From: Eledone cirrhosa
Taxonomy: Eukaryota
Length of the DNA: 64,000 nucleotides
Reading direction: 5' to 3'
Assembly (NCBI GenBank): GCA_964016885.1
Contig: OZ024742.1
Location: 300,824,001-300,888,000, forward strand
Shown piece by piece: positions 1-13,004 of the stretch (the first letter of the stretch is position 1; every line of letters starts with the position of its first letter). The translations under genes were made by a program, and so were the position numbers. The notes under the pieces are model-generated. The model did not search any database. It was not told where the DNA came from and was given only the letters and a program-made list of their open reading frames with translations.

Positions 1-60
1 CATATCTCCTTTCACACCGATGTTTATATTTTTCTTGGTACAATACTTGCTTATATTATA

Positions 61-723
61 ATCGTCATCATCATCATCATTTTACGTCCGCTTTTCACTG
101 CTTGCAATGGTGTGATGGGTCCTATTCAGCACAGCATCTCTCCACTTGTCATGGTCCTTCGTCACCTCCTCCGTGAGCTTCAGCGATCTGAGGTCCGTTC
201 TCACCACCTCCACCCATGTTTTGCGTGGTCTTCTTCTACTGCATCTTGCTTCTACTGGGATTTCTTGGCACTTCTTTACCCAACGGTCTCCTCCATGCGC
301 ATCACATGTCCATACCATCTCAGTCTTCTCTCCTGCATACTACAACTTATCCCTCCTATACACAGTTTCTCTCTCAACTCAACCATGCTTGGTCATTCAC
401 GTACATTGACATTGCACATCCAACGGAGCATGCTTGCTTCATTTCTCTCCAGCCATCACATATCCTCTGCAGTTGCTGCCCATGTCTCACTACCATGCAG
501 CATCACGCTCCTCACGCAGGCATCATATAACCAGCCTTTCGTACACAGGGAGAAACCCTTCTTTGTCAGCAGAGGAAACAGCTCCCTAAACTTCTTCCAA
601 CCCATCCTTATTCTAGATGTTATGGCCTCAGAACACCCTCCCTCCCATGGTAATCTGATCACCTAGGTACCAGAAGCTATCAACTACTTCTATAGAACCT
701 ACTTGCATTTGAAAAATGTGTCT
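61..723 (-). mobile_element. 5'-truncated RTE-clade LINE 3' fragment with (GAT)n tail
   Basis: Minus-strand ORF remnants (GGCSEAITSRIRMGWKKFRELFPLLT; RPRKTWVEVVRTDL) are closely similar to the C-terminus of the 18812-21880 ORF; (ATC)n tail at 61-80. Confidence 0.9.
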
Positions 724-793
<70 letters not shown>

Positions 794-800
<7 letters not shown>

Positions 801-1307
801 ATACTTTGGGAGGGTCATATTGTTGTAATAATATTGCCAGAAATAATAACAGAACATACTCACTGTTTGGTTGGTTTTCGCTTCTGTATCTTTTATATCT
901 CCACAGTTAATTCATTTGGTCCTAATGTTTATCATTGACTGACCAACGGTCAAAAATACAGATATAATATAGATATAAACACATATATATATAGTCTAAC
1001 AAAGTTCTTTCGTTGCACATCTGCAACATCATCAGTGGTACTATTATGTTCCTCCTGTTGTATTGTATATCTACGCCATTTTTATTTTATCTGTATTTTT
1101 TACCGTTGGTCAATCAATGATAAACATTGAGGACCAAATGAATTAACTGTGGAGATATAAAAGATACAGAAAACCAACCAAACAGTGAGTGTGTTCTTTT
1201 ATTATTTCTGGCAATATGACAACAATATGACAACAATATGACCCTCCCCAAGTATAACAATATTTGTTTCGACACACGATTTCATATCAAAAACCTCGCA
1301 AAACAAA
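794..1307. mobile_element. Palindromic non-autonomous element in (TA)n, probably Penelope-derived
   Basis: Inverted arms of ~170 bp (794-965 and ~1087-1262); spacer contains a minus-strand CTGATGA-T-GTTGCA-GATG-TGCAAC-GAAA motif; flanked by (TA)n. Confidence 0.65.
998..1038 (-). ncRNA. Hammerhead-ribozyme-like motif with degenerate stems I and III
   Basis: Reverse complement reads CCA CUGAUGA U GUUGCA GAUG UGCAAC GAAAG AACUUUG: core plus a perfect 6-bp stem II. Confidence 0.5.
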
Positions 1308-1509
1308 TATATATGTGTGTGTGTGTATGTGTGTGTGAGGGTGGGCTGAAAAGTTCATATATATATAATCAGAGTGGATAATATTATATTACTATAAGTG
1401 GCATCCAGCTTTGGCACTCAATGCTATTTCCTGAATAGGATGTCTTGTGTTGAAAGTGTGTATTCACAACACCATTGTTTTGTTATTGGTGCAATTTACA
1501 AAGTAAGTG

Positions 1510-1762
1510 TTTATATTAAGAGAGAAAGAAATGCAGTTTTATTTTAATATATTTTAGTCATAAGCATGCATAACATATGTTTTGTAAATGATCTTCTTGG
1601 GGCCTTAATTGATTACAATAGACCTGACTCTGGTGTCATCAGATACACAGAAGATCAGACGTCATAAGTGATTAACTCCTCAAACTGATCATTAACGAAA
1701 CATGTTATATATGGTTATGAATAAAATATGTTAAACTGAAACTTCGTTCTGTGTTAATATAT
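1510..1762. mobile_element. Old inverted-repeat element with a decayed hammerhead (1567-1647, minus strand)
   Basis: Minus strand reads UGUAU CUGAUGA C...C AAAAC AUAU GUU AUGCA (GAAAC mutated to AAAAC); the right arm keeps ctgatcattaacGAAACatgtt; shares cagagtc and ctgatca motifs with the 3496-6242 element. Confidence 0.5.
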
Positions 1763-1832
1763 AGATGATGTGGCCAAGGTGCATTTCATCATAAATCTGT
1801 TCAATCAGGGCTGACCTAGAATTAAATAGTTG

Positions 1833-2050
1833 TTTCTACTTTAGGCAGAAGACCGGCAATTTGAAGCGGAGAGAAAAGTCGATTATATCGACCCCAGTGC
1901 ATTACTGGTGTGTAATTTTATCAACCCTATAAGGATGAAAGTTAAAGCTAACCTCAGGGTGGGTTGAACTCAGAACGTAAAGGACCGTAACTCTATGCTG
2001 TAAAGCAAGGTGTCTGGCGCTCTACTGATACTGCCAATCCACTGCCCTGA
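1833..2050 (-). mobile_element. tRNA-derived SINE family A. Other copies near 9775-10060, 10280-10470, 10690-10980, 28980-29100, 29617-29760, 31575-31770, 43790-43920, 54333-54675, 58740-58860 and 63710-64000
   Basis: Repeated many times; B-box-like TGAGTTCAAATCC followed by a GCCTTTCATCCTT.CGGGGTCGATAAAATAAAGTACCAG central domain (MetaSINE-like, from memory) and a GGCCTTGTGCCAAAAGTAGAAACAATTATT tail. Confidence 0.8.
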
Positions 2051-2126
2051 CCTAGAATTAAACAATAATAATAACTTGCCAAACATTTCTAACTCTGAGC
2101 TTCTATAAAAGAAATTAATATGTCTG

Positions 2127-2370
<244 letters not shown>

Positions 2371-3015
2371 ATATATATATATTATCTCCTAGACTTAATG
2401 ATTAACTAATTAATTTAATTAGACAATTCCATTGATTGGTTAATTATTTATGTTTGTTTAATAACGTCTAGTCGAGAGCTTTTCATAAGGAATGTGGAAC
2501 GGAATTGATTTCCTTTGAATTTATCCGCCAAAAACCGGGGGTTACTTCCCTTGTTGGAAATAACACATGACAGTATAGCATTGAGGGCTGCCAACAATAG
2601 AAGTTCAGCATTACATTTCACACTGGCTTAAGGCATAGAACAAAATTTCCTGTTGATGACGTGAATCCTCGTTTCAATCATGGAATACCACAGGCTTACA
2701 CATTATGTAAGCTGGATGGATGATTTCGATTTCATAGAAACCTATCGGACGTATTGCAAAATATCGTTCGATATGTCCAGGTCAGTTGTCTAACCTGATT
2801 AGTTTTTTCGTTGTTTTTGGTATTATGTGGCTAGGTCTGCCTGCCGCAATTTTCAATTTGTCAAGCTATCTAAACATATGTTATTACTCTAGGGGCCTAC
2901 CTTATTGAGTGCTTTGCTGCTCATTCCTAATTGTAGGTCGTTTGCTTGGCCACAGTCAAAGCTTCGATTTTACTAAGCTTCCACTTGTATATAAATATAT
3001 ATATATATATATATA

Positions 3016-3347
3016 AGGGTAAATACTCCCTTCAGTTACAAGTGACCACGGGATTTACAACTACAAAAGTTGCCCTCCAAGGCACACATACGGGCAAGGT
3101 TGTCTGTGGAAGACCAGCAGTCACCCATACATAACAGTCTCCCCTCTCCACGTCACCAATGTTGTCCAAAGGAAAGGCAAAGGGTGATACAGCTTGGCAT
3201 CAATGATGTCGCAACTCATGTCTACAGCTGTATGAACTGGAGCAACATGAAATGAAGTGTCTTGCTCAAGAACACAACCCACAGCCTGCTCCGGGAATCA
3301 AACTCACAACTTCGTGATTGTAAGCCTGATGCTCTAATTACTAAGAA
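3016..3347 (-). mobile_element. tRNA-derived SINE family B. Other copies near 17168-17348, 23500-23720, 25985-26320, 26357-26700, 32672-32990 and 54688-55030
   Basis: Best copy (26357, plus strand) has an A-box TGGCTTAGTGG, a B-box GAGTTCAATTC and a CORE-like CCTTGAGCAAGACACTTTA...CAGCTGTAGAAATGAG domain. Confidence 0.8.
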
Positions 3348-3411
3348 CTTAATATCTGTCTGTCTCTCTTTCTCTCTATATATATGTATATATCTACCTC
3401 TCTTCATATAC

Positions 3412-3442
<31 letters not shown>

Positions 3443-3607
3443 CGTACATATATATACATACATATATATACGTACATATATATACATACATATATAGTGA
3501 AATAAAATAACAAGGACGATCGGTTACTCATTCATTACGTTTATTGATTGGTGATGCGCACATTGCCACTGATCAGCTCAAGGTTCAATCTGTATCGATC
3601 TAACCTA

Positions 3608-6002
3608 ACTCTGTAATCCGCGGCTCATCAGACCCCTTATAATCGTAATGGACTGACTCTGTAATCCGCGGCTCATCAGACCCCTTGTAATGGTAATGGA
3701 CTGACTCTGTAATCCGCGGCTCATCAGACCCCTTGTAATGGTAATGGACTGACTCTGTAATCCGCGGCTCATCAGACCCCTTGTAATGGTAATGGACTGA
3801 CTCTGTTATCCGCGGCTCGTCAGACCCCTTGTAATGGTAATGGACTGACTCTGTAATCCGCGGCTCGTCAGACACCTTGTAATCGTAATGGACTGACTCT
3901 GTAATCCGCGGCTCGTCAGACCCCTTGTAATCGTAATGGACTGACTCTGTTATCCGCGGCTCGTCAGACCCCTTGTAATGGTAATGGACTGACTCTGTAA
4001 TCCGCGGCTCATCAAACCCCTTGTAATGGTAATGGACTGACTCTGTAATCCGCGGCTCGTCAGACCCCTTGTAATCGTAATGGACTGACTCTGTAATCCG
4101 CGGCTCGTCAGACCCCTTGTAATGGTAATGGACTGACTCTGTAATCCGCGGCTCGTCAGACCCCTTGTAATCGTAATGGACTGACTCTGTAATCCGCGGC
4201 TCGTCAGACCCCTTGTAATCGTAATGGACTGACTCTGTAATCCGCGGCTCATCAGACCCCTTGTAATGGTAATGGACTGACTCTGTAATCCGCGGCTCAT
4301 CAGACCCCTTGTAATCGTAATGGACTGACTCTGTAATCCGCGGCTCGTCAGACCCCTTGTAATGGTAATGGACTGACTCTGTAATCCGCGGCTCGTCAGA
4401 CCCCTTGTAATGGTAATGGACTGACTCTGTAATCCGCGGCTCATCAGACCCCTTGTAATCGTAATGGACTGACTCTGTTATCCGCGGCTCGTCAGACCCC
4501 TTGTAATGGTAATGGACTGACTCTGTAATCCGCGGCTCATCAGACCCCTTGTAATCGTAATGGACTGACTCTGTAATCCGCGGCTCGTCAGACCCCTTGT
4601 AATGGTAATGGATTGACTCTGTAATCCGCGGCTCGTCAGACCCCTTGTAATGGTAATGGATTGACTCTGTTATCCGCGGCTCATCAGACCCCTTGTAATC
4701 GTAATGGACTGACTCTGTTATCCGCGGCTCGTCAGACCCCTTGTAATGGTAATGGACTGACTCTGTAATCCGCGGCTCATCAGACCCCTTGTAATCGTAA
4801 TGGACTGACTCTGTAATCCGCGGCTCGTCAGACCCCTTGTAATGGTAATGGACTGACTCTGTAATCCGCGGCTCGTCAGACCCCTTGTAATGGTAATGGA
4901 CTGACTCTGTTATCCGCGGCTCGTCAGACCCCTTGTAATCGTAATGGACTGACTCTGTTATCCGCGGCTCGTCAGACCCCTTGTAATGGTAATGGATTGA
5001 CTCTGTTATCCGCGGCTCATCAGACCCCTTGTAATGGTAATGGACTGACTCTGTTATCCGCGGCTCGTCAGACCCCTTGTAATGGTAATGGACTGACTCT
5101 GTAATCCGCGGCTCATCAGACACCTTGTAATGGTAATGGACTGACTCTGTAATCCGCGGCTCGTCAGACCCCTTGTAATGGTAATGGACTGACTCTGTTA
5201 TCCGCGGCTCGTCAGACCCCTTGTAATCGTAATGGACTGACTCTGTTATCCGCGGCTCGTCAGACCCCTTGTAATGGTAATGGATTGACTCTGTTATCCG
5301 CGGCTCATCAGACCCCTTGTAATCGTAATGGACTGACTCTGTTATCCGCGGCTCGTCAGACCCCTTGTAATGGTAATGGACTGACTCTGTTATCCGCGGC
5401 TCGTCAGACCCCTTGTAATCGTAATGGACTGACTCTGTTATCCGCGGCTCGTCAGACCCCTTGTAATGGTAATGGATTGACTCTGTTATCCGCGGCTCAT
5501 CAGACCCCTTGTAATCGTAATGGACTGACTCTGTTATCCGCGGCTCGTCAGACCCCTTGTAATGGTAATGGACTGACTCTGTTATCCGCGGCTCGTCAGA
5601 CCCCTTGTAATCGTAATGGACTGACTCTGTTATCCGCGGCTCGTCAGACCCCTTGTAATGGTAATGGATTGACTCTGTTATCCGCGGCTCATCAGACCCC
5701 TTGTAATCGTAATGGACTGACTCTGTTATCCGCGGCTCGTCAGACCCCTTGTAATGGTAATGGACTGACTCTGTAATCCGCGGCTCGTCAGACCCCTTGT
5801 AATGGTAATGGACTGACTCTGTTATCCGCGGCTCGTCAGACCCCTTGTAATGGTAATGGACTGACTCTGTTATCCGCGGCTCGTCAGACCCCTTGTAATC
5901 GTAATGGACTGACTCTGTTATCCGCGGCTCGTCAGACCCCTTGTAATGGTAATGGACTGACTCTGTAATCCGCGGCTCGTCAGACACCTTGTAATGGTAA
6001 TG
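3608..6002. repeat. 48-bp minisatellite, about 50 near-identical units (CTCTGTWATCCGCGGCTCRTCAGACCCCTTGTAATSGTAATGGAYTGA)
   Basis: Direct 48-nt periodicity; it produces the 16-aa repeat in ORF 3600-6014. Confidence 0.98.
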
Positions 6003-6027
6003 ATATTCTTCCATTACTATTATAAGG

Positions 6028-6112
6028 GGTCTGATGAGCCGCGGATTACAGAGTCGGGTTAGGTCGATACAGATCGAACCTTGAGCTGATCAGTGGCGAA
6101 ACGCACATCACC
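6028..6112 (+). ncRNA. Type I hammerhead-ribozyme motif with long stem II insertion and a mismatch in stem III
   Basis: GGU CUGAUGA GCCGC...GUGGC GAAAC GCAC AUC ACC: stem I GGU/ACC and stem II GCCGC/GUGGC. Confidence 0.7.
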
Positions 6113-6215
6113 AACCAATAAACATAATGAAGGAGTAACCAATCGTCCTTGTTATCTTATTTCACTATAATACACTCTGTCTAGCTCTACACCTCGACAC
6201 TGAAGTGAACCTACA

Positions 6216-6448
6216 GTAACTCCAAGTTACACTCCCTGGATACATACATATACATATACATATATACACACACATATATATAGCCAGTTGGTGAAGTAAC
6301 TCCAAGTTACACTCCCTGGATACATACATATACATATACATATATACACACACATATATATAGCCAGTTGGTGAAGTAACTCCAAGTTACACTCCCTGGA
6401 TACATACATATACATATATACACACACATATATATAGCCAGTTGGTGA
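6216..6448. repeat. Three tandem copies of an ~80-bp unit made of the element tail plus TA/CA microsatellite
   Basis: gtaactccaagttacactccctggatacatac...tagccagttggtgaa occurs three times. Confidence 0.9.
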
Positions 6449-7209
6449 AAACACTAATTACTAAAAGTAGTACCTGAACTTCCACACATTTTCTATCCAG
6501 TGAATTCCACTGGTTAAATATTGGTCTAAATATATGGTAGAAGACATGCTATGGTGTTCTATGGAGACTAAATATATGGTAGAAGACATGCTATGGTGTT
6601 CTATGGAGACTTAATAAAGTCAGAAATGGCAACACTGGGCAGTGTTTCTTATTATTTATTCTCATTCTTTATCTACTAATGCCATAATATTTTCTACACT
6701 CTTAACTAGTAAACTATCTTTTCCTCACATCAAACCAAGCCCTGTTGTTATTACAGTTAGTTATTACCGTTAGTTATTAAAGCTAGTTAGTATAACTAGT
6801 TATTTCACAAAGTTATTACACCAAGTTATTACAGTGAGTTATTACAGCTTGTTTTTACAGCTTGTTTTTACAGCTAGTTAGTATAACTAGTTATTACAAC
6901 AAGTTATTTAACCAATTTATTACAGTTGTATTGAGTACATACATAAGAAAACAGAAATACATACAGAAATACATACAGAAATACACACATATATACGTAC
7001 ATGCAAGCACATACACACTCATATACACACACATACACAAACCTACATACCCATACATATTTCCCTCCCCCCACCCTCTCTCTCTCACACACACACTGAC
7101 CAATATATACATACATGTATATGTTTATGATGCAGTTATGACAAGAGAAAACAATCCTTTTCTTTTCATAACTTCCTCTGATTTCTGTAAGAAATCCATG
7201 TGGGTGTTG

Positions 7210-7412
7210 TAATAATGATAATAATAATGAAAATATTGTGTACAGTGCTCAGGTGCACTACAACTTCATCAAAAGTGTATGTATAGTACATAGGGTAGGT
7301 AATGTACAAACGTCAGGAAAATTAACAGTGCATGAGTCATGATATACACATGTGTGCATGTGTATGGAAGGGGGACATCAGGTGTAGTTTTGACGAATTT
7401 CAGAAAGCATTG
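7210..7412 (-). mobile_element. CR1-type LINE 3' end fragment
   Basis: Matches 11340-11525, the 3' UTR and ORF end of the CR1 copy, with an (AAT)n-like tail. Confidence 0.75.
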
Positions 7413-7546
7413 TATGTGTGTGTGTATGTGTATGTGTATATGTATGTGTATGTGTGCCTGTGTGTCTCTGCATGTGTATGTGTGTGTGTGTATATAAGTG
7501 TATGTATGTGTATGTGAGTGTGAGTTTATGTGTGTATGTATGTATG

Positions 7547-9486
7547 TCTGATATAACACCTGCAACCCTGATGGTATCCAATGATGTTGACTTGTTCTTC
7601 TTTTTGGTAAATATCATCTTGGTTAAGAGAGTGGGACTGGCTTTGTGCAGTGCCTTTGCTCACTATAAAAGCTTCACGGCACAGGCATTGCTTTATATCT
7701 GGAGATCTCTGCACTTGTCGTCACGTGGTACCATGGGCCCAGCACTATGTGTCAATACTTGTCACAAGTGTAGTGTTTGTACCAGAGTTTTCAAGTCGCT
7801 GGCTGGACTAAAAAGTCACTCGTTTAGCGCATCAGTAAGGGTTCTCCTACATGGATATAAAGTAGTGGCCGTACTCGAAAACGAGTTGGCAGCCACCATA
7901 TATATGTATATATGTATGTGTGTATGTGTGTATGTATATGTGTATGTATATGTATGTATATGTGTATGTATGTATATATATATGTGTGTGTATGTATATG
8001 TGTATGCATGTATGTATGTATGTATGTATGTCAGGTCACCAGTTGGTGCTACTGGTAACATGTATCCCAGTACAACTTGTCTCATGGTCGGGTCATTGGC
8101 GACTAAACTGGGAACCCCACCAAGGTTTCTTGGTGAGGAGGGTGACTTTGGACATCCTGCAGGACTAAAAACAAAACCTGTCAAAGGGCAAAAGAGCTCT
8201 TAAGAGTCAATGGCCATCCAAAATCACCGGGAGAGATGACCCCTTAGCCTTTGTCAAGGCAGAATTCTAGGAGAAGGAAAACTCTGATATAACACCTGCA
8301 ACCCTGATGGTATCCAATGATGTTGACTTGTTCTTCTTTTTGGTAAATATCATCTTGGTTAAGAGTGTGGGACTGGCTTTGTGCAGTGCCTTTGCTCACT
8401 ATAAAAGCTTCACGGCACAGGCATTGCTTTATATCTGGAGATCTCTCTGCACTTGTCGTCACATGGTACCATGGGCCCAGCACTATGTGTCAATAATTGT
8501 CACAAGTGTAGTGTTTGTACCAGAGTTTTCAAGTCGCTGGCTGGACTAAAAAGTCACACTCGTTCAGCGCATCGGTAGGGGTTCTCCTACATGGATATGA
8601 AGTAGTGGCCGTACTCGAAAACGAGTTGGCAGCCACCATGTATGTATGTATCTATGTATATATGTGTGTATGTATGTATGTATATGTGTATGTATGTATG
8701 TATGTGTGTATGTATGTATATATGTATGTATGTGTGTATATGTATATGTGTGTATATGTGTATGTATGTATGTGTGTATGTATGTATATGTATATATGTG
8801 TATATGTATATATGTGTATATATGTGTATGTATATGTGTGTGTGTGTGTATATATATATGTATATATGTGTGTATGTGTATGTATATATGTATATATATA
8901 TATATGTATATATATATGTATGTATATATGTATGTACATGTATGTGTATGTATGTATGTATATATATATATGTATGTATGTGTGTATGTATGTATGTATG
9001 TATGTATGTATATGTATATATATATGTATATATATCCGGGAGAGATGACCCCTTAGCCTTTGTCAAGGCAGAATTCTAGGAGAAAAAAAACTCTGATATA
9101 ACACCTGCAACCCTGATGGTATCCAATGATGTTGACTTCTTTTCGGTAAATATCATCTTGGTTAAGAGAGTTGGACTGGCTTTGTGCAGTGCTTTTGCTC
9201 ACTATAAAAGCTTCACGGCACAGGCATTGCTTTATATCTGGAGATCTCTCTGCACTTGTCATCACATGTTGCAATGGGCCCAGCACTATGTGTCAATAAT
9301 TGTCACAGGTGTGGTGTTTGTACCAGTTTTCAAGTCACTGGTTAAGAGAGTTGGACTGGCTTTGTGCAGTGCCTTTGCTCACTATAAAAGCTTCACGGCA
9401 CAGGCATTGCTTTATATCTGGAGATCTCTCTGCACTTGTCATCACATGTTGCAATGGGCCCAGCACTATGTGTCAATAATTGTCAC
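7547..9486 (+). mobile_element. Cluster of non-autonomous RTE-derived elements: full ~610-bp copy at 8030-8640, truncated copies at 7547-7897 and 9035-9486, separated by (TGTA)n/(TA)n
   Basis: Near-identical to 62713-63321 in reverse orientation; the 3' part encodes a C2H2-finger remnant (CSVCTRVFKSLAGLKSH); (TGTA)n tails. Confidence 0.75.
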
Positions 9487-9726
9487 TATATATATATAAT
9501 GATTTACATATACATAAAGTCATAGATATATATGTTGCAACTGGTCACATTGTGGCTCAATTAAGAATTAATAAATTAAATAATCAGAGCAATATATCAT
9601 AAATCATGTCCTTAGAATTATTAGATAAAATATATACCATTTCCTCTCCCAATTAGCATAATTAACCATATAAAAAATCAATTAGACCAGGCAATAAGAG
9701 TAAAGGCCTCTATGAAGAAATTTCCG

Positions 9727-11023
9727 ACACATGTATATCATGACTCATATGCTGTTCACTTTCCTGACATTAGCCTTTCATCTTTATGGGGTCAATAAAA
9801 TAAAGTACCAGTAATACCCTGGATAATTGCTGGCCTTATGCCAAATGTAGAAACAATTATTCTAAGGGTGGTGGGTTGGCAGTATTGGTAGAGGGTCAGA
9901 AACCATGCTTAGCAGCATAGAGTTACAGCCCTTTACAGTCTGAGTTCAAATCCCGGCGAGGTTAACTTTGTCTTTCATCCTTTCGGGATCGATAAAATAA
10001 AGCACTAGTAATGTACTGGGATAATTGCTGGCCTTGTGCCAAAAGTAGAAATAATTATTCTATGTACTATACATGCACCTTTGGTGAGTTGTAGTGCACC
10101 TGAGCACTGTACACAATAATTTCCTTATCATTTTATATTCTATAAACTAAAAATTAAAACACTATTCCCACACATGAGATTGTCAACGTTTTGGTGATAC
10201 AGAAAATAACTACCTCTGTCACGCATCAGCTATTCTTTCAATCCAGCAAGCTGTGACACACCAATAAGAAACAGTTTATAATTGTTTCTACTTTTGGCAC
10301 AAGGCCAGCAATTACCCCAGTGCATTACTGGTACTTTATTTTATCGACCTCCGTAAGGATGAAAGGCGCCGAGGTTAACTTTGCCTTTCATCCTTACGGA
10401 GGTCGATAAAATAAAGTACCAGTAATGCACTGGGGTAATTGCTGGCCTTGTGCCAAAAGTAGAAACAATTATAAACTGTTTCTTATTGGTGTGTCACAGC
10501 TTGCTGGATTGAAAGAATAGCTGATGCGTGACAGAGGTAGTTATTTTCTGTATCACCAAAACGTTGACAATCTCATGTGTGGGAATAGTGTTTTAATTTT
10601 TAGTTTATAGAATATAAAATGATAAGGAAATTATTGTGTACAGTGCTCAGGTGCACTACAACTCACCAAAGGTGCATGTATAGTACATAGAATAATTATT
10701 TCTACTTTTGGCACAAGGCCAGCAATTATCCCAGTACATTACTAGTGCTTTATTTTATCGATCCCGAAAGGATGAAAGGCAAAGTTAACCTCGGCGGGAT
10801 TTGAACTCAGACTGTAAAGGGCTGTAACTCTATGCTGCTAAGCATGGTTTCTGACCCTCTACCAATACTGCCAACCCACCACCCTTAGAATAATTGTTTC
10901 TACATTTGGCATAAGGCCAGCAATTATTCAGGGTATTACTGGTACTTTATTTTATTGACCTCATAAAGATGAAAGGCTAATGTCAGGAAAGTGAACAGCA
11001 TATGAGTCATGATATACATGTGT
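9727..11023. repeat. Fold-back palindrome with two 641-bp arms and a 15-nt spacer
   Basis: 9727-10367 is the reverse complement of 10383-11023 with only a few mismatches. Confidence 0.95.
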
Positions 11024-11204
11024 GAGTGTGTATGTAGGGGGTATATCAGGTGTAGTGTTGGCGAATTTCAAGAAGCATGGATGTTTGTTCTTTCATATAT
11101 CAAGATAGAATATGACTTAGTGTTTGTTTGTGTGTGGGGGGATGTGTCTGTGTGTAGATGTGTGTGTATGGATGTGTGTGTGTCTGTGTTTGTATGTAGA
11201 TGTA

Positions 11205-12530
11205 TATAATAATAATGAAATTATTGTGTACAGTGCTCAGGTGCACTACAACTCATCAAAGGTGCATGTATAGTACATAGAATAATGTACAAATGTCAGG
11301 AAAATGAACAGTGTATGAGTCATGATATAATAATAATAACAATAATGAAATATTGTGTACAGTGCCCAGGTGCACCACAACTCATCAAAAAAGTGCATGT
11401 ACAGTACATAGGGCAATGCACAAACATCAGTAAAATGAACAGTGCACGAGTCATGATACAAACATGTGTGCATGTGTATGGAAGGGGTACATCAAGTGTA
11501 GTTTTGGTGTATTTCGGGAAGCATGAGTGTCTTAAAGGATGCAGTGTCTCGGCAGCTAACAATTGACGCAGGCAGTTTGTTCCATGCTTCAGCAACTCTG
11601 AGCGTGAAAAAATGTCTACGAAAGTCATGGGAGCTGTGCTGTTTTCTGATCTTGTAGGCATGTCCACGTGTGTTAGACACATGGAGATCAAAGAGGCGCT
11701 CAGGGTTGCAATTGGCGAGATGGTTAAAAACTTTGTGGGTATTCACCAAGTCCATTGCCAGACGTCGGAGCTTCAATGAATCCATGCCCAGGGAAGCAAG
11801 GCGTTCAGAGTATGGTAGGTGTCTGATGGATGGTATGCGCTTGGTTGCACGTCTCTGAACAGTTTCCAGGAGGTCAATGTTCTGAGCAAGATAGGGGTTC
11901 CAGACTGATGATGCGAATTCCAAGTGTGGTCGTACCATAGCTGTATACAGTTTTAAATAGATGGCTGGAGAGCGGCTAACAAAGGTCTTGCTGAGTGACG
12001 CCAAGACACCCTCGGCCTTCTTGACAATCTTAGAGACATGCTTTGTCCAACGCAAATCGTTGCTGACAGTAATGCCCAGGTCACGTTCACAAGAGGACTT
12101 TTTGATATCAGTGTTGTGGAAGGAGTATGTTGACGCTGGATTTTTCCTTTCAAAATGCATGGTGGTACACTTGTCCACAGCCAGCTTCAGTTGCCAGTCT
12201 GTGATCCATTGCTGCATTGTGTCCAGGTCTGATTGTAGGAAAGAGTTGTAAATTTCAGGATCAGTCCTTTTGATTTCAAGGTACAGCTTGATGTCATCTG
12301 CATATTTTAGTACCGTGGCATTCTGTAAGTTGGCATCTATGTCATTAATATATGCCACAAACAAAAGAGGACCAAGAACAGATCCCTGTGGTACACCAGA
12401 TGACATCTCATATGGTGAAGAATGCTGTCCTAGAACCGTGACTACTTCTTTTCGGCTGAGAATGAAGGATTTCAACCAGTCGAAAAGATCATCCCTCACA
12501 CCCATTGCAGAGAGTTTTGCCATAAGTCTT
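11205..12530 (-). mobile_element. 5'-truncated CR1-clade LINE (RT C-terminal part plus partly duplicated 3' UTR)
   Basis: ORF 11492-12658 contains SGVPQGSVLGPLLF, YADD, LYTAMVRPHLEFASSVWNP and FFTLRVAEAWNKLP; the first ~40 aa derive from a (CA)-rich microsatellite. Confidence 0.9.
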
Positions 12531-13004
12531 TTGTATGTGTGCCTGTGTTTGTGTGTAGATATGTGTGTGTTTGTATGTAGATATGTCTCTGTGTGTCTGT
12601 GTTTGTGTGTAGATGTGTGTGTCTGTGTTTGTGTGTAGATGTCAGTATGTAGATGCATCTGTGTGTGACTGGATGTTAGGATTACATATGGATTCCTAAT
12701 GATAGCATCTGTTAATCTCCAGTACCTTCCACCAAATCACAGGATTCACAAAAAAGGTTTGTTAATCCCTATCTCATAGATCTAGCTTTACATGTAAACC
12801 AGGCCTCGTAGGACAGAAATTTGATTCTATTTTGTTAGAATTTTTGTTTATTGTTTAATTGAAAAATTAGGGAACAGCTACCCCTAGGGTGGGGAAATCG
12901 ATGCTGTTCATATTTAACTTGAACTTCTATTAGAATTATATCTATAGATGAAAATGATAAATCATTGTGAGTCTGAAGAGGATCAGGTGCTGAGTAAGAA
13001 GGTT

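Larger units (their letters stand above)
3496..6242. mobile_element. Inverted-repeat Penelope-type (pLTR-like) element whose left arm contains an expanded 48-bp array
   Basis: 3496-3650 is the reverse complement of ~6010-6169; the right arm continues into a tail to 6242; TA-rich flanks; hammerhead motif in the right arm. Confidence 0.8.

Noticed and set aside
2640-2745. Minus-strand GAAACG...CGUC with an upstream hairpin as a hammerhead
   Set aside because: The catalytic box and stem I are not recognisable; at best a remnant.
3608-6002. CRISPR array
   Set aside because: Units are contiguous with no unique spacers, there are no cas genes, and the context is eukaryotic.
3600-6014. 804-aa ORF of HYHYKGSDEPRITESV repeats as a real protein gene
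   Set aside because: A 48-bp unit without a stop gives a long ORF automatically; there is no unique domain or signal peptide, and the unit is explained as part of an inverted-repeat element.
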